Source: a virus. Taken from it: a stretch of 32,943 bases of DNA. This document shows, one piece after another, positions 14,989-24,005 of the stretch. Location: IMG/VR virus record IMGVR_UViG_2854660797_000003, positions 1 through 32,943 of that record; one strand, given 5' to 3'. The notes beneath the pieces are model-generated. The model was given only the letters and a program-made list of their open reading frames with translations, was not told where the DNA came from and made no database searches. Each line of letters starts with the position of its first letter. Within the stretch, counting starts at the first letter, position 1. The translations under genes and the position numbers were made by a program.

Positions 14989-16121
14989 TGACCGCCGCCC
15001 AAATGGAGATGATTGCCAACGACTACGCCGAACGCGCCTTTTTTGTGTCCGGGGTGGAACCCGGCGTCATCCTGTCCGATTTTGAGGACAAGGCGTCCCA
15101 GGTCGCATCGGGAGCCTTGAGCTACGAGGAAGCGCAGCGCGCCATCCGCGAAACCCTACGCCAGCAGGGCTACCGCCCCCCGGCGACGGGGCAGGGAGGC
15201 ATTCAGGATTTGTCCTCCTGGGTCCGCATCCAGGTTGTTATGGAAACCAACGCGGCCATGGCCCACGGCTACCGGAACTGGTACAACTGGACGATGGACG
15301 ACGACACGGCCGCCTTCAAATTTTACCGATCCCAGGGGCGGGAAGACCCGCGCTACTGGGCCGAACGCTGGAACCGTGCCCGGGCAGGGCTGGAAGAAGA
15401 AGCCACGGAAGCGGTATCATCCGGCTTCATCCGCGGAGAAACCGTCGGCTATGCGCTGGCGTCCTCCGACATCTGGATCCGCCTCTCGCGTTTTGGAACT
15501 CCTTACCCGCCCTTTGACTACCTGTCCGGCATGAACATTGCCCCCGTGGGCGCCGAAGAAGCCCGCGCGGCGGGGCTGGACGTGTCGCGCGTCCGTACCG
15601 CTCCCGCCAGCTTCAACGCCACCTTGGAAAGCAACGCCAAAGGCGTGACGGAATCCAACAGGAACAAGATCCGCCGCATCCTGAAAGACGCCGTGCGCGT
15701 CAAGACCGGGAACGACGGCAATACCACCTTTGCCTACACGGACCCGAACGGCACGCGCCCTTACACGGACGCGGAACTGGCGGACGTCCTGTCCGGGGAT
15801 TTCCCGGAAGAGATCCCCTTGCGGCAGGCCCAGGCATTCCGCCTGGCGGCGGCCGGGGGAGCCGTGGCCGGAACGCTGGCGGCCCTCTACCTGGACCGAC
15901 TGCTGGACCGTCTGTTCTCCGATCCGGAAGGCGTCTGGTACGCCCGGCCCGCGGACGTGGCCGCCGCGTCCTCCCGCCAGTATATCCCCGTTTCCCGGAA
16001 GGAAGAGGGAGAATTCACCTGGCGCCTTACCTCCGGGCACGTCAAGAAAGTGGAAGACGTCGCCGGAGCCCTCCGCGTGGAACTGCCCACCCCTTACGTT
16101 TTACCCTCCAAATGGCTGTAA
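14985..16121 (+). CDS. Head morphogenesis protein candidate (MuF/SPP1 gp7-like)
   Basis: The ATG at 14985 overlaps the upstream stop (ATGA). 378 aa. The region DLSSWVRIQVVMETNAAMAHGYRNW resembles the MuF core. The assignment is tentative. Confidence 0.35.
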   Translation: MMTAAQMEMIANDYAERAFFVSGVEPGVILSDFEDKASQVASGALSYEEAQRAIRETLRQQGYRPPATGQGGIQDLSSWVRIQVVMETNAAMAHGYRNWYNWTMDDDTAAFKFYRSQGREDPRYWAERWNRARAGLEEEATEAVSSGFIRGETVGYALASSDIWIRLSRFGTPYPPFDYLSGMNIAPVGAEEARAAGLDVSRVRTAPASFNATLESNAKGVTESNRNKIRRILKDAVRVKTGNDGNTTFAYTDPNGTRPYTDAELADVLSGDFPEEIPLRQAQAFRLAAAGGAVAGTLAALYLDRLLDRLFSDPEGVWYARPADVAAASSRQYIPVSRKEEGEFTWRLTSGHVKKVEDVAGALRVELPTPYVLPSKWL

Positions 16122-16777
16122 CCGTCCATATTGACCAGACCGAGATTGACCGGGCGTTTGCCGACATGGAGCCGTCCGCGGCCCGGCACAAAACCGCCCT
16201 CCGCAAGTCCGGCGTCGCCTTGAGCCTGCTCATTCAGGAAACCCTGCGCCAGCAGGGCAAGGACTACTACGACGGCGCGGCGGACGCCACCACGATGGAA
16301 GAAACCGCCGAGGGCGTCAGCGTCTCCATCGCCTGGCGCGGCATCGGCCTGCACTGGATCGGCACGCAGGGTTATCTGGGCGGGCCGCTCCGGCCCACGG
16401 GGCGCACCTCGGAAATCACCGGGAACCCGATTCGGAACCTGGCTATCCCCACCATCAACGCCCCCCGCGGCCATGGCGGGGCCCGAAGCATTTACAGCGC
16501 CGGCTTCCGCAAAGAGGACTTGCAATTCATCCCCTCCAGGAACGGAGGACGCAACGGCAATGTGACCGGCGTCCTCATCCTCAAGACGGCGCAATCAGCC
16601 ACCGGAAAGAAAGCGGCCCGCAAACTGTTCCGGCAGGGAGCCGGAACGGGCGACGTGCTCTACGTGCTGTGCCGCGAAGTCACGATCCCGCCCACGCCGG
16701 GAATTCTCCCGACGATGGACCGGATGGCGCAGCGCGCCGCGGAAACCTACCTTGCCAACATCGGAAACGAACCATGA
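16112..16777 (+). CDS. Virion morphogenesis / neck protein candidate
   Basis: 221 aa ORF, translationally coupled within the late operon. No firm motif. Confidence 0.3.
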   Translation: MAVTVHIDQTEIDRAFADMEPSAARHKTALRKSGVALSLLIQETLRQQGKDYYDGAADATTMEETAEGVSVSIAWRGIGLHWIGTQGYLGGPLRPTGRTSEITGNPIRNLAIPTINAPRGHGGARSIYSAGFRKEDLQFIPSRNGGRNGNVTGVLILKTAQSATGKKAARKLFRQGAGTGDVLYVLCREVTIPPTPGILPTMDRMAQRAAETYLANIGNEP

Positions 16778-17301
16778 TCCCCTCCATTGACCAGACCATG
16801 TGCCGGCGCATCATTGAGCGCCTGAAGAACCTGGGAGCGCTGAACTGCCACATCTTCGAACGTCCCTTCGACCCACAGTACGCCGCCAACGACATCATCA
16901 TGTCGGCGATGGGAAACAACGGCGTCGTTTTGGTGTGCCCCGGGGACGCGGCAGAATACCAGGACGGGCACGGACAAACGGAAGCGCCGACGATGTGGCG
17001 TCAGTATTTCATCATCGCCTCCATTTATCACAACGCGTCCCTGTTCCCGGCGGCATGCCTGACGCCTGATTATTATCTTCGGGCGGTTGGGGACGTGATT
17101 GAAGAAGCCCTGTGGAACTGGAATCCTCTTCCCTTTTCCGCACCGGCGATGATGAAACCCAAAATCAAAGGCCGTTTTTCCTCCTCCGCCATCATTGACG
17201 GCGAGAAGCGGCAAATGAACGTTTTGACCGTGGATTACCGTGCCCCGGTTAATATTAACATGAGAAACCATCCGCAATTCAATGAACACATCAACAACTG
17301 A
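16774..17301 (+). CDS. Structural/neck protein candidate
   Basis: The ATG at 16774 overlaps the upstream stop (ATGA). 175 aa. Confidence 0.3.
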   Translation: MIPSIDQTMCRRIIERLKNLGALNCHIFERPFDPQYAANDIIMSAMGNNGVVLVCPGDAAEYQDGHGQTEAPTMWRQYFIIASIYHNASLFPAACLTPDYYLRAVGDVIEEALWNWNPLPFSAPAMMKPKIKGRFSSSAIIDGEKRQMNVLTVDYRAPVNINMRNHPQFNEHINN

Positions 17302-17545
17302 CAAGAAGGCTGTGCGGAAGAACGTCCCAAAACCGGACGAACCCCGCGAAACCGCCGGCAAAACGCCGTCCGCCCCGGACGAAAAGAAGAAAACAACTGA
17401 CAAGAAGGCTGTGCGGGTCATTCGCACCCGCGCCGAACTGGACGGAGGGCTGGTGATCAGCCTCTCCATGAAAACCGACACCCCGGAACTTCCCGCGACC
17501 ATCGCGGAAGCTCTGGCAACCCTCAACCTTGTTGACATCAAATGA
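17282..17545 (+). CDS. Small Lys-rich hypothetical protein with an internal duplicated TTDKKAVR segment
   Basis: 87 aa ORF. A 24-bp exact direct repeat lies at 17294-17317 and 17393-17416. Confidence 0.4.
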   Translation: MNTSTTDKKAVRKNVPKPDEPRETAGKTPSAPDEKKKTTDKKAVRVIRTRAELDGGLVISLSMKTDTPELPATIAEALATLNLVDIK

Positions 17546-17739
17546 GCAAAGCAACTGCAGCCAACACCGAACCGGAGAAGAAGACGGAGCAGTCCGCCGT
17601 CATCGACACGAACATCCTCATTCTGTCCAAAGAAGTGAGGATAGGGCGCTCAACGTTCTTGAAAGGAGCGCATATTCGTGTTACGAAAGAACTCGCCGGT
17701 AAGCTGGAAGCCGACGGCAAGGCAACCATCATCTACTAA
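17542..17739 (+). CDS. Small hypothetical late protein
   Basis: 65 aa ORF whose ATG overlaps the upstream stop (ATGA). Confidence 0.35.
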   Translation: MSKATAANTEPEKKTEQSAVIDTNILILSKEVRIGRSTFLKGAHIRVTKELAGKLEADGKATIIY

Positions 17740-17846
17740 CCGTTTCAAGCATCAGGGATACTACATACGACCCCACCTTTACCAACCGCAATGTAACGCC
17801 GCAGATTACCGGCGTTCTGGCTATTTTCCTCCCCGACGGCATCAAA

Positions 17847-18404
17847 GTGACCGAGGATGAGGGAGCCTCTTACGTTACCGGGCCGGACCAGTTTCCGACG
17901 CCTCCGACGTCTCCGCCAACGGATCCGACCGCCGGGCCTGAACAGCCCTGGGTGAGCTTCGGGCTGTTGGGCGCGTTCCAGTCCGTCGCCACACAGGTTG
18001 AAGGGGAAGTGACGCGCTTTTACGGCGGTGCACTGGGATACCGCCAGCAACGCAAGAACACCACGACCGGCAAGCGGATGACCTTCACCACGCCGGACAT
18101 GTCCCCCGAATGGTTCCAGCTTTCTTTCGCCCTGGGAGCGCCTCCCGCCAACGGCGAGGAATCGACCACCGTCGGACATGGCGGCGACAACAAGATTGAG
18201 GGGTATCTTCACTTCTGGTATCAGAACGACGTGGGTACTATCTATCTGGTCGGAACGGCGCATGGCGCCTTGCGCCTCCTGCAGGATCCTGAACACACCA
18301 CGGCGATTGCTTCACCCCAGTTCGAGTTCGAAATGGATTATCGCGGCAAGTACCAGTTCACGCCCTCCAATGTGCAGGACGTGACGCCGGCGCCGGGTTC
18401 CTGA
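17847..18404 (+). CDS. Late structural protein (major tail/tube candidate)
   Basis: 185 aa from GTG 17847. The frame is open and protein-like from 17703. A strong terminator follows, as is common after abundant structural genes. Confidence 0.35.
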   Translation: MTEDEGASYVTGPDQFPTPPTSPPTDPTAGPEQPWVSFGLLGAFQSVATQVEGEVTRFYGGALGYRQQRKNTTTGKRMTFTTPDMSPEWFQLSFALGAPPANGEESTTVGHGGDNKIEGYLHFWYQNDVGTIYLVGTAHGALRLLQDPEHTTAIASPQFEFEMDYRGKYQFTPSNVQDVTPAPGS

Positions 18405-18416
18405 CGCGTTTCACCA

Positions 18417-18451
18417 GGGGGCGCGCTGCGCCCCCGCATCCTCTTTTTTTT
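18417..18451 (+). terminator. Intrinsic terminator
   Basis: A GGGGGCGC (18417-18424) / GCGCCCCC (18428-18435) hairpin is followed within 8 nt by a run of T (18444-18451). Confidence 0.65.
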
Positions 18452-18520
18452 CTCAGGCAGCAGGCAGGCAAATACGATATCCGGACCGTCACAGGGCTGA
18501 CCCAGTCGCTGGTCGTCCGC

Positions 18521-20464
18521 GTGGTGGATTTTCAGGGCGATCCCGTCGATATGAGCGGTGTCACCCTGCGCGGCGCTGTCCGTCTCAAGACGGGCGTGAC
18601 GGAGTTCGGCTTTTCACGCGATGACGAGGGCAACGGCGTAATTTCCTGGGCTTCGGTGCCTGCGGGCATGTGGTCCTATGACGTTTTCATGGACGACGGC
18701 AGCGAGGAAAGCCCGCTGCTCTACGGATGCTTTGTTTCTTCGGGCCGGGTGACGCCGGACTTGCTGGACGAACAGCAGGCCGTGGCGGGCGCGGTCGTCG
18801 TGCAGCTTCCGGAAGGAAGCGGCTGCGTGCAGGTCATGCTTGATAACGCGTCCAGCGCCGCCTGGTACGCGGAGCAGGCCAAGAAGTACGCCGAGAATTT
18901 TAATCTGTCCGTGGGTCAGGTCACCACCGGGGAACCGGGGACGCCCGCCAACGCGGAAGCCGTCAAGGGAACTGAATCAGGATCCTATCTGCTCAATTTC
19001 ACGATTCCCCGCGGGGATGTTGGTCCTCAGGGACCGTCAGGCCCGCAGGGTGAACGGGGTGAAACCGGCCCCGAAGGGCCGCAAGGTCCACGCGGCGAAA
19101 CCGGGGAACGCGGGCCGCAGGGCGAAACCGGGGAGCAGGGACCGAAGGGAGATACAGGACCGGCGGGGCCTCAAGGCCCGGAGGGCCCCCAGGGCCCGGA
19201 AGGTCCGGAAGGACCCCAGGGACCGCAAGGGGAAAAGGGAGACCCGGGGACGTTGACGTCCAACGTCGGAGACGTCAACATCGGGGGAGCCCTGACCGCT
19301 GAATCGGCTACCATTAACGGGCCTCTGGTCGTCAACAACCCGGACGGAAGCGGAAGCGCCGGAACCCTGAATCAGATTTACGGAATCACCAGGTTTTACC
19401 AGTCCGTTGATCTTCGTTCGGGCGGCTGGCTGCGCGGGACATTCATGGTAGAGACCGGCATCCTGAATATTTCCCAGGGCGCCAGCTTCAACTGCGCGGG
19501 GGCGGCCACGTTCTCAAGAGCCGTCAACGCCAACGGCGGCGTCAACATCCCGCTTGCCGCGGGCGCGCCGGCCAATGAATCCGGCGTCAACCGGCTGTAT
19601 GCCGCGGGCATGGGAGGCGCGGCCAATACTTATACGGCCGTGGCGTTTCTGAATACGGACTCCCTGTCCACGACCGGGACGGCAACGGTTACTAAAACGG
19701 TTCCCTGGCAGATGGCCCGCATCGGTATTCCCGCAGGATCTCACACAACCATTCAGGCTCCCTTTGAAGGACCCAGTTCTCAATGGAATTATTCTTCCTG
19801 GGCCGGCTTTTCGTTTGTCTGGCGGGCTACCGCCGCCGCAAAGCTGACGATGGGCATCGGACGCGGAGCGAAAACAATCAGGACGGACCTCACCACGGAT
19901 TCCTACACGATCATTCCCGGCAATGACCTGGCCTTTAATTCCGGGGAGATTCTGGACATCACCTTTGACAATGTGAGAGACACGGCCCGCAACGGCTATA
20001 CGGTGCGCGTCCGTGAGATTTACGCACTCAATTCCACGGATGGGTGGCAGGTCAAGACGACGACCAGCTTTATTCCTGCGACGCAGAACGAGCCCATACC
20101 GTGGACGGTCTGCAAGATTATTTACCAGCAGCAGACGGTTGCCAACAGCAGCGTTTATGAAAACCTGGGAGGGCTCTGGCTGATGGTCACGGGAGCGCAA
20201 ACCAATAACCTGTACAAAATCGCCACCTGCCGCGGCGTCTCCAATTTTGAGATCGGCGTCGGCGTTTCCAGGTGGGTGACGGACGTGATCAACACCACCA
20301 GCGGAAAGGCTTCCGTTTGCGCCGGGCCCGGAGAATATGCTTATTACCAGCCGGGGAATATCAACCCGCTTTTCTACGGGTTGGACGCGATAGGAACGAA
20401 TGCCGTTGAATCCGAGGCAACCGCGGCTTTTGAAGATATTAACGTACCCATTGAAGAATCATGA
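18521..20464 (+). CDS. Tail fibre / receptor-binding protein with collagen-like triple-helix segment
   Basis: 647 aa with an Ig-like N-terminal region, 26 uninterrupted G-X-Y triplets and a large C-terminal globular region. The GTG start is uncertain. Confidence 0.75.
   Translation: MVDFQGDPVDMSGVTLRGAVRLKTGVTEFGFSRDDEGNGVISWASVPAGMWSYDVFMDDGSEESPLLYGCFVSSGRVTPDLLDEQQAVAGAVVVQLPEGSGCVQVMLDNASSAAWYAEQAKKYAENFNLSVGQVTTGEPGTPANAEAVKGTESGSYLLNFTIPRGDVGPQGPSGPQGERGETGPEGPQGPRGETGERGPQGETGEQGPKGDTGPAGPQGPEGPQGPEGPEGPQGPQGEKGDPGTLTSNVGDVNIGGALTAESATINGPLVVNNPDGSGSAGTLNQIYGITRFYQSVDLRSGGWLRGTFMVETGILNISQGASFNCAGAATFSRAVNANGGVNIPLAAGAPANESGVNRLYAAGMGGAANTYTAVAFLNTDSLSTTGTATVTKTVPWQMARIGIPAGSHTTIQAPFEGPSSQWNYSSWAGFSFVWRATAAAKLTMGIGRGAKTIRTDLTTDSYTIIPGNDLAFNSGEILDITFDNVRDTARNGYTVRVREIYALNSTDGWQVKTTTSFIPATQNEPIPWTVCKIIYQQQTVANSSVYENLGGLWLMVTGAQTNNLYKIATCRGVSNFEIGVGVSRWVTDVINTTSGKASVCAGPGEYAYYQPGNINPLFYGLDAIGTNAVESEATAAFEDINVPIEES
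19013..19249 (+). repeat. Collagen-like G-X-Y coding repeat (26 triplets)
   Basis: [79 protein letters not shown] was read from the translation. Confidence 0.9.
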
Positions 20465-20874
20465 ACGACGGAGAAATACAAATTCAGTTTCCTAAGCCCG
20501 GTAACTGGCAGGAATTCATCCTGACAGCCATCTATCAGGATGCGGACGGGTTCACCCGTGTGGCCCGTTACACGCCTGCCGAAATTCCAGCGGAACAGGC
20601 CCCGGCCATGCAGGCGGTAGTGGCCGCGTTGGTTGGATTGTCGGAGCCGTGGAAGGCCGTTCAGGTGTGGGCGAGACTGAAAGAGTTTTATGCGCCGGAA
20701 GAGGATGATTCTGTGCGAACGGTGGAAACCGTGGATTTGACCGTTGAGGCCGTCAACCCGCAGGGCGGCCGGAGGGTGTTCACTTCCCGCGATTACCCGG
20801 TTTTTGTCCTCACGGATCCCGCCGCCGTGGAGTTTTTCAAGCATTTCACTACTAATAACAAAGACAATGACTAA
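20461..20874 (+). CDS. Hypothetical protein downstream of the fibre (fibre-associated?)
   Basis: 137 aa whose ATG overlaps the fibre stop (ATGA). Confidence 0.4.
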   Translation: MNDGEIQIQFPKPGNWQEFILTAIYQDADGFTRVARYTPAEIPAEQAPAMQAVVAALVGLSEPWKAVQVWARLKEFYAPEEDDSVRTVETVDLTVEAVNPQGGRRVFTSRDYPVFVLTDPAAVEFFKHFTTNNKDND

Positions 20875-21319
20875 AGATAATCAATGCAATCATTCCGAGG
20901 CTATCGCCAAGGATATGTATTATGCCTTCCTGGAAAACCAGAAGGAGGGCACGAATTGGGAAGGGCTTTCCGACGATGATAAAGCCGGATGGCGGAATGT
21001 CGCAGAACAGGCCCTCCCTATTATCGCAAAGCATGCTGCTAATGACATCCGGGTGTATTTGGACCTTAAAGCATCCGTGGCTACCGGCTGGAAAAAATGG
21101 CTCTATTGGGCCGGGGTCGGCATTGTTGGCGCCATCCTTGGCGGCTTGGGAATGTCCCTCTCCGGCTGCGGGCACTCCGTAGACGTGACGCCGGAAAAGA
21201 CGGTGGTTTGCAAGGACGGATCCTGCCTGGTGCTGGAACCGGGGCATATCTCCTACAGTCAGGCCCAGCTGGAAACGGATGTTCCGCCCGTCGTGCAGGT
21301 CATCCCCTCTAAGAAATAA
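20867..21319 (+). CDS. Membrane protein of the lysis cassette (holin or spanin-related); contains an internal signal-peptide/lipobox-like segment
   Basis: ATG at 20867; the ORF track start at 20744 is inside the previous gene. 150 aa. WKKWLYWAGVGIVGAILGGLGMSLSGC is a hydrophobic helix ending in L-S-G-C. Confidence 0.45.
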   Translation: MTKDNQCNHSEAIAKDMYYAFLENQKEGTNWEGLSDDDKAGWRNVAEQALPIIAKHAANDIRVYLDLKASVATGWKKWLYWAGVGIVGAILGGLGMSLSGCGHSVDVTPEKTVVCKDGSCLVLEPGHISYSQAQLETDVPPVVQVIPSKK

Positions 21320-21323
21320 GGCC

Positions 21324-21578
21324 ATGTGCAAACTCTCCGAAGTGCCGGCTCATTTCCTGGATTTTGCGAAAACGTCGCCCCTCGTGGCCTGCGTCATGCT
21401 GTCGCTGGTCACGTGTGGTGCTGCCTGCTGGTACATCGGGGAGGTGATGGGACACCATAATGACAGGATTCTTGACTTGATGTCCATGCAGACGCAGGCG
21501 CAGGTCGAGACCGCCAAAGCCATTCAACTCTTGTCCGTTCGCATCGAAAACATTGAACGCCGTCTGGATAAACAGTAA
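21324..21578 (+). CDS. Single-TM plus coiled-coil protein (holin or i-spanin candidate)
   Basis: ATG at 21324. 84 aa with TM SPLVACVMLSLVTCGAACWYIG followed by a coiled-coil-like tail. It lies directly upstream of the endolysin. Confidence 0.4.
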   Translation: MCKLSEVPAHFLDFAKTSPLVACVMLSLVTCGAACWYIGEVMGHHNDRILDLMSMQTQAQVETAKAIQLLSVRIENIERRLDKQ

Positions 21579-21639
21579 CTGTAAAGTTTTTCTTACAAGT
21601 TCAATCATATTAACAATCAACCATTAAAGGAGAATATAA

Positions 21640-22170
21640 ATGAAAATAGCCATTGATATAGGCCACGCCAACAACACCGGAGCCCGCGGAAACGGGCTTG
21701 AAGAACACGCCGTCGCGGCGACGATCGCCGAACGCCTCGCCCCCATGCTGGAACGGCTGGGATCCCGGGTGGACGTGATCGACTTCCCGAAGATGACCAA
21801 TTCCCAGGACTTGAACGCCACCGTCAAGGCCGCCAACGAAGGCGGCTATGACTTCGGAATTTCATTGCATTGCGATTCGTCCGACAATCCCCAGGCTCAT
21901 GGCGCCCATGTATGTTTCTACCCGGGAAGTGTCAAGGGAAGCCGGCTTGCCATATGCATCGCGGAACCTCTTTCCCGGCTGCTGCCCGGACGGGCCAACA
22001 CTGTGCAGTCGCGCCCGGGCCTCGCCGTCCTGAAAAAGACCCGCTGCCCGTGGGTGCTGTGCGAATGCGGATTCATCACCAATCCTGAAAACGCCTCTAT
22101 CTTGAAGGACCATCCCGGACGCATTGCCGAAGCCATTGCGGAAGGGGTGAAGGACTACCTCAACCAGTAA
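21640..22170 (+). CDS. N-acetylmuramoyl-L-alanine amidase endolysin (Amidase_3 type)
   Basis: AAAGGAG lies upstream of the ATG. KIAIDIGHANNTGARG, EE..., ISLHCDS and CECGFITNPEN match the Amidase_3 pattern. Confidence 0.85.
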   Translation: MKIAIDIGHANNTGARGNGLEEHAVAATIAERLAPMLERLGSRVDVIDFPKMTNSQDLNATVKAANEGGYDFGISLHCDSSDNPQAHGAHVCFYPGSVKGSRLAICIAEPLSRLLPGRANTVQSRPGLAVLKKTRCPWVLCECGFITNPENASILKDHPGRIAEAIAEGVKDYLNQ

Positions 22171-22176
22171 CCGCCC

Positions 22177-23691
22177 ATGACCTACCAGGCCCCCTACGCG
22201 GCGCGCTACGTTTCCGCCGCCGGCAACCAGATCCAGCTGCTCAACCTCTGGGACGATACGCCGGAGCCTCCCCGCTTCGGCGGATCCATGGAGGCATTTG
22301 AAACGTCGCTGGTAGACGGACCGCGAGCGTTCGCGCAGGGGCTGGGAAGCGCCGTGGAGCAGCGCACCATCGCGTTTTACCGCTGGTTTACGGATTATCA
22401 CGACATGGCCTCCTGGCAGGAGAACCTGGCGTTGTGGCTGGCCAGCAATCAGAACGGCTATCTGTACCTGCAGTTCTCCGACCAGCCGCAATGGCGTTTT
22501 GCCGCCGTCATCACCGGCTACCAGTTTGAGACGGAGAACTTTGTTCCTCCGCCGTCTCCCGAAGACGGCTATCTGTGCCTGCTGGTCACGCTGACCATGA
22601 CGGTCACCGACCGGACCCCGGACAATTCCAACTGGATATTCAGCGTGACGCCCTCTTCTTTCGACGTTCCCGTCAAGGGAGGCGAATACACCGTTAATGT
22701 GGAATCGTCGTTCAGCCCTGGACCGGTAGGGCAGGGTTGGCAGATTGCCGACGTTTCCGAAGGATTAACCGTTTCCGATATCGTCAACGGCAACAACGGG
22801 ACATTCAAGGTTATCGTCGCGGCCAATGAAGGAGACCAGGACAGGACCATGTCGCTCCAGGTCATTCAGGACGGAACAGGACAGGCTGTTGAGGTTGAAT
22901 TTCGTCAGCTTCAACCCTCTTACTCATTCAGCCTTGCTCCAACCCAGGTACAGGTTCCCGTTACTGGAGGAAGCTACCAGGTCCAGGTGACTTCCTATTA
23001 TGACCCGGGAGCAGTCAGCGTTGACTGGACGCCCAATTCTCCCAGCTCTTCCGTTGTCATTTCCGATATCACGAACGGAAATAACGGGTCATTCACGTTA
23101 ACCGCGGCACCCAATGAAGGAGCGGCCGGCTCCGTCGTCGTTTCCGTGACACAGGCGGATTCCGGCTTAAGACAGACAATCCGCGTATTGAGGGCAGGAC
23201 TGGTCACCCGAAATCATCAGCTTCCCCCGCCCGGAGGGGAATACTCGGATAATCCGATGAGTTATTCCTCATGGAGGTTTATTCCCTCGGACGTTTATCC
23301 GGACTTCCCGGAAGGCAACCCCGAAGGAAAGGGACTGACGCTGCAGGAAATCATCACGACGAAACCCACCAGCTCCAATTCCGGCACGTTAACGCTTTAC
23401 CGGGTGGAAAACGGGTCTGCCTCTCTTCTAGCGACCAGCAGCGAGGCGGTTTTCACCGGAGAAGGCGGGAACGTGAAATGGACGTTTTCGCCCGGCGTGG
23501 AAATCCGTTCGGACTGGCAGCTGGTCGTGGAAAACCAGAACGGCATTTATGAGCAGCATGCCATGCTGGCCAATCCGCAGGCGTTTGACGGCCTCGGAAA
23601 TGCCATCTACCCCATGCCGGCGGACGCTCCCGGGCGCACGTTCGGATTATCCCTCGTCATCCGCTACACTTCCACCGAATACCCATCTTAA
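22177..23691 (+). CDS. Tail structural protein with two tandem BACON/Ig-like domains
   Basis: 504 aa. The N-terminal ~150 aa resembles siphovirus tail-component (Dit-like) proteins. Two ~95 aa internal repeats (22633-22920 and 22921-23199) share FS..P..V.VPV.GG.Y.V.V.S...PG......W.........V.SDI.NGNNG.F...AA.NEG. Confidence 0.5.
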   Translation: MTYQAPYAARYVSAAGNQIQLLNLWDDTPEPPRFGGSMEAFETSLVDGPRAFAQGLGSAVEQRTIAFYRWFTDYHDMASWQENLALWLASNQNGYLYLQFSDQPQWRFAAVITGYQFETENFVPPPSPEDGYLCLLVTLTMTVTDRTPDNSNWIFSVTPSSFDVPVKGGEYTVNVESSFSPGPVGQGWQIADVSEGLTVSDIVNGNNGTFKVIVAANEGDQDRTMSLQVIQDGTGQAVEVEFRQLQPSYSFSLAPTQVQVPVTGGSYQVQVTSYYDPGAVSVDWTPNSPSSSVVISDITNGNNGSFTLTAAPNEGAAGSVVVSVTQADSGLRQTIRVLRAGLVTRNHQLPPPGGEYSDNPMSYSSWRFIPSDVYPDFPEGNPEGKGLTLQEIITTKPTSSNSGTLTLYRVENGSASLLATSSEAVFTGEGGNVKWTFSPGVEIRSDWQLVVENQNGIYEQHAMLANPQAFDGLGNAIYPMPADAPGRTFGLSLVIRYTSTEYPS

Positions 23692-23705
23692 CAGAATAAT
23701 CCATC

Positions 23706-23987
23706 ATGAACAAACAACAACAAAACGGAATAGAACGGCTTTTCATTGAATTCGCCGAAGAATGCAGCAAGAACCCGAACCTGAACCAGGCGGCGCAGGA
23801 ATTGAAGGAAAGCGTCTTTGCTGCCTCCCAAGCCGCCGGCGTCGATCCCTCCCATGCCTTCGGCGTCATCATCCGGGATATGATGATCCTGGAATCCTTG
23901 CAGAAACGCGTGGAAGAATCCCGCAACGCCCTCACCGCCGGGAAACTGCCCGCTTTCGTCATCGAAGAAGCCCGCCAACAACAATAA
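23706..23987 (+). CDS. Small helical protein in the tail-assembly-chaperone position
   Basis: 93 aa lying immediately upstream of the tape measure. No frameshift extension is evident. Confidence 0.3.
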   Translation: MNKQQQNGIERLFIEFAEECSKNPNLNQAAQELKESVFAASQAAGVDPSHAFGVIIRDMMILESLQKRVEESRNALTAGKLPAFVIEEARQQQ

Positions 23988-24005
23988 CCCTCCACATCTA
24001 CCACC

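Noticed and set aside
16747-17541. 264 aa minus-strand ORF
   Set aside because: It is antisense to three translationally coupled late genes and has shadow-ORF composition.
18521-20464. Diversity-generating retroelement targeting the fibre C-terminus
   Set aside because: No reverse transcriptase gene is present anywhere in the window, and I could not spot a template/variable repeat pair. I cannot exclude a distant TR without a computational repeat search.
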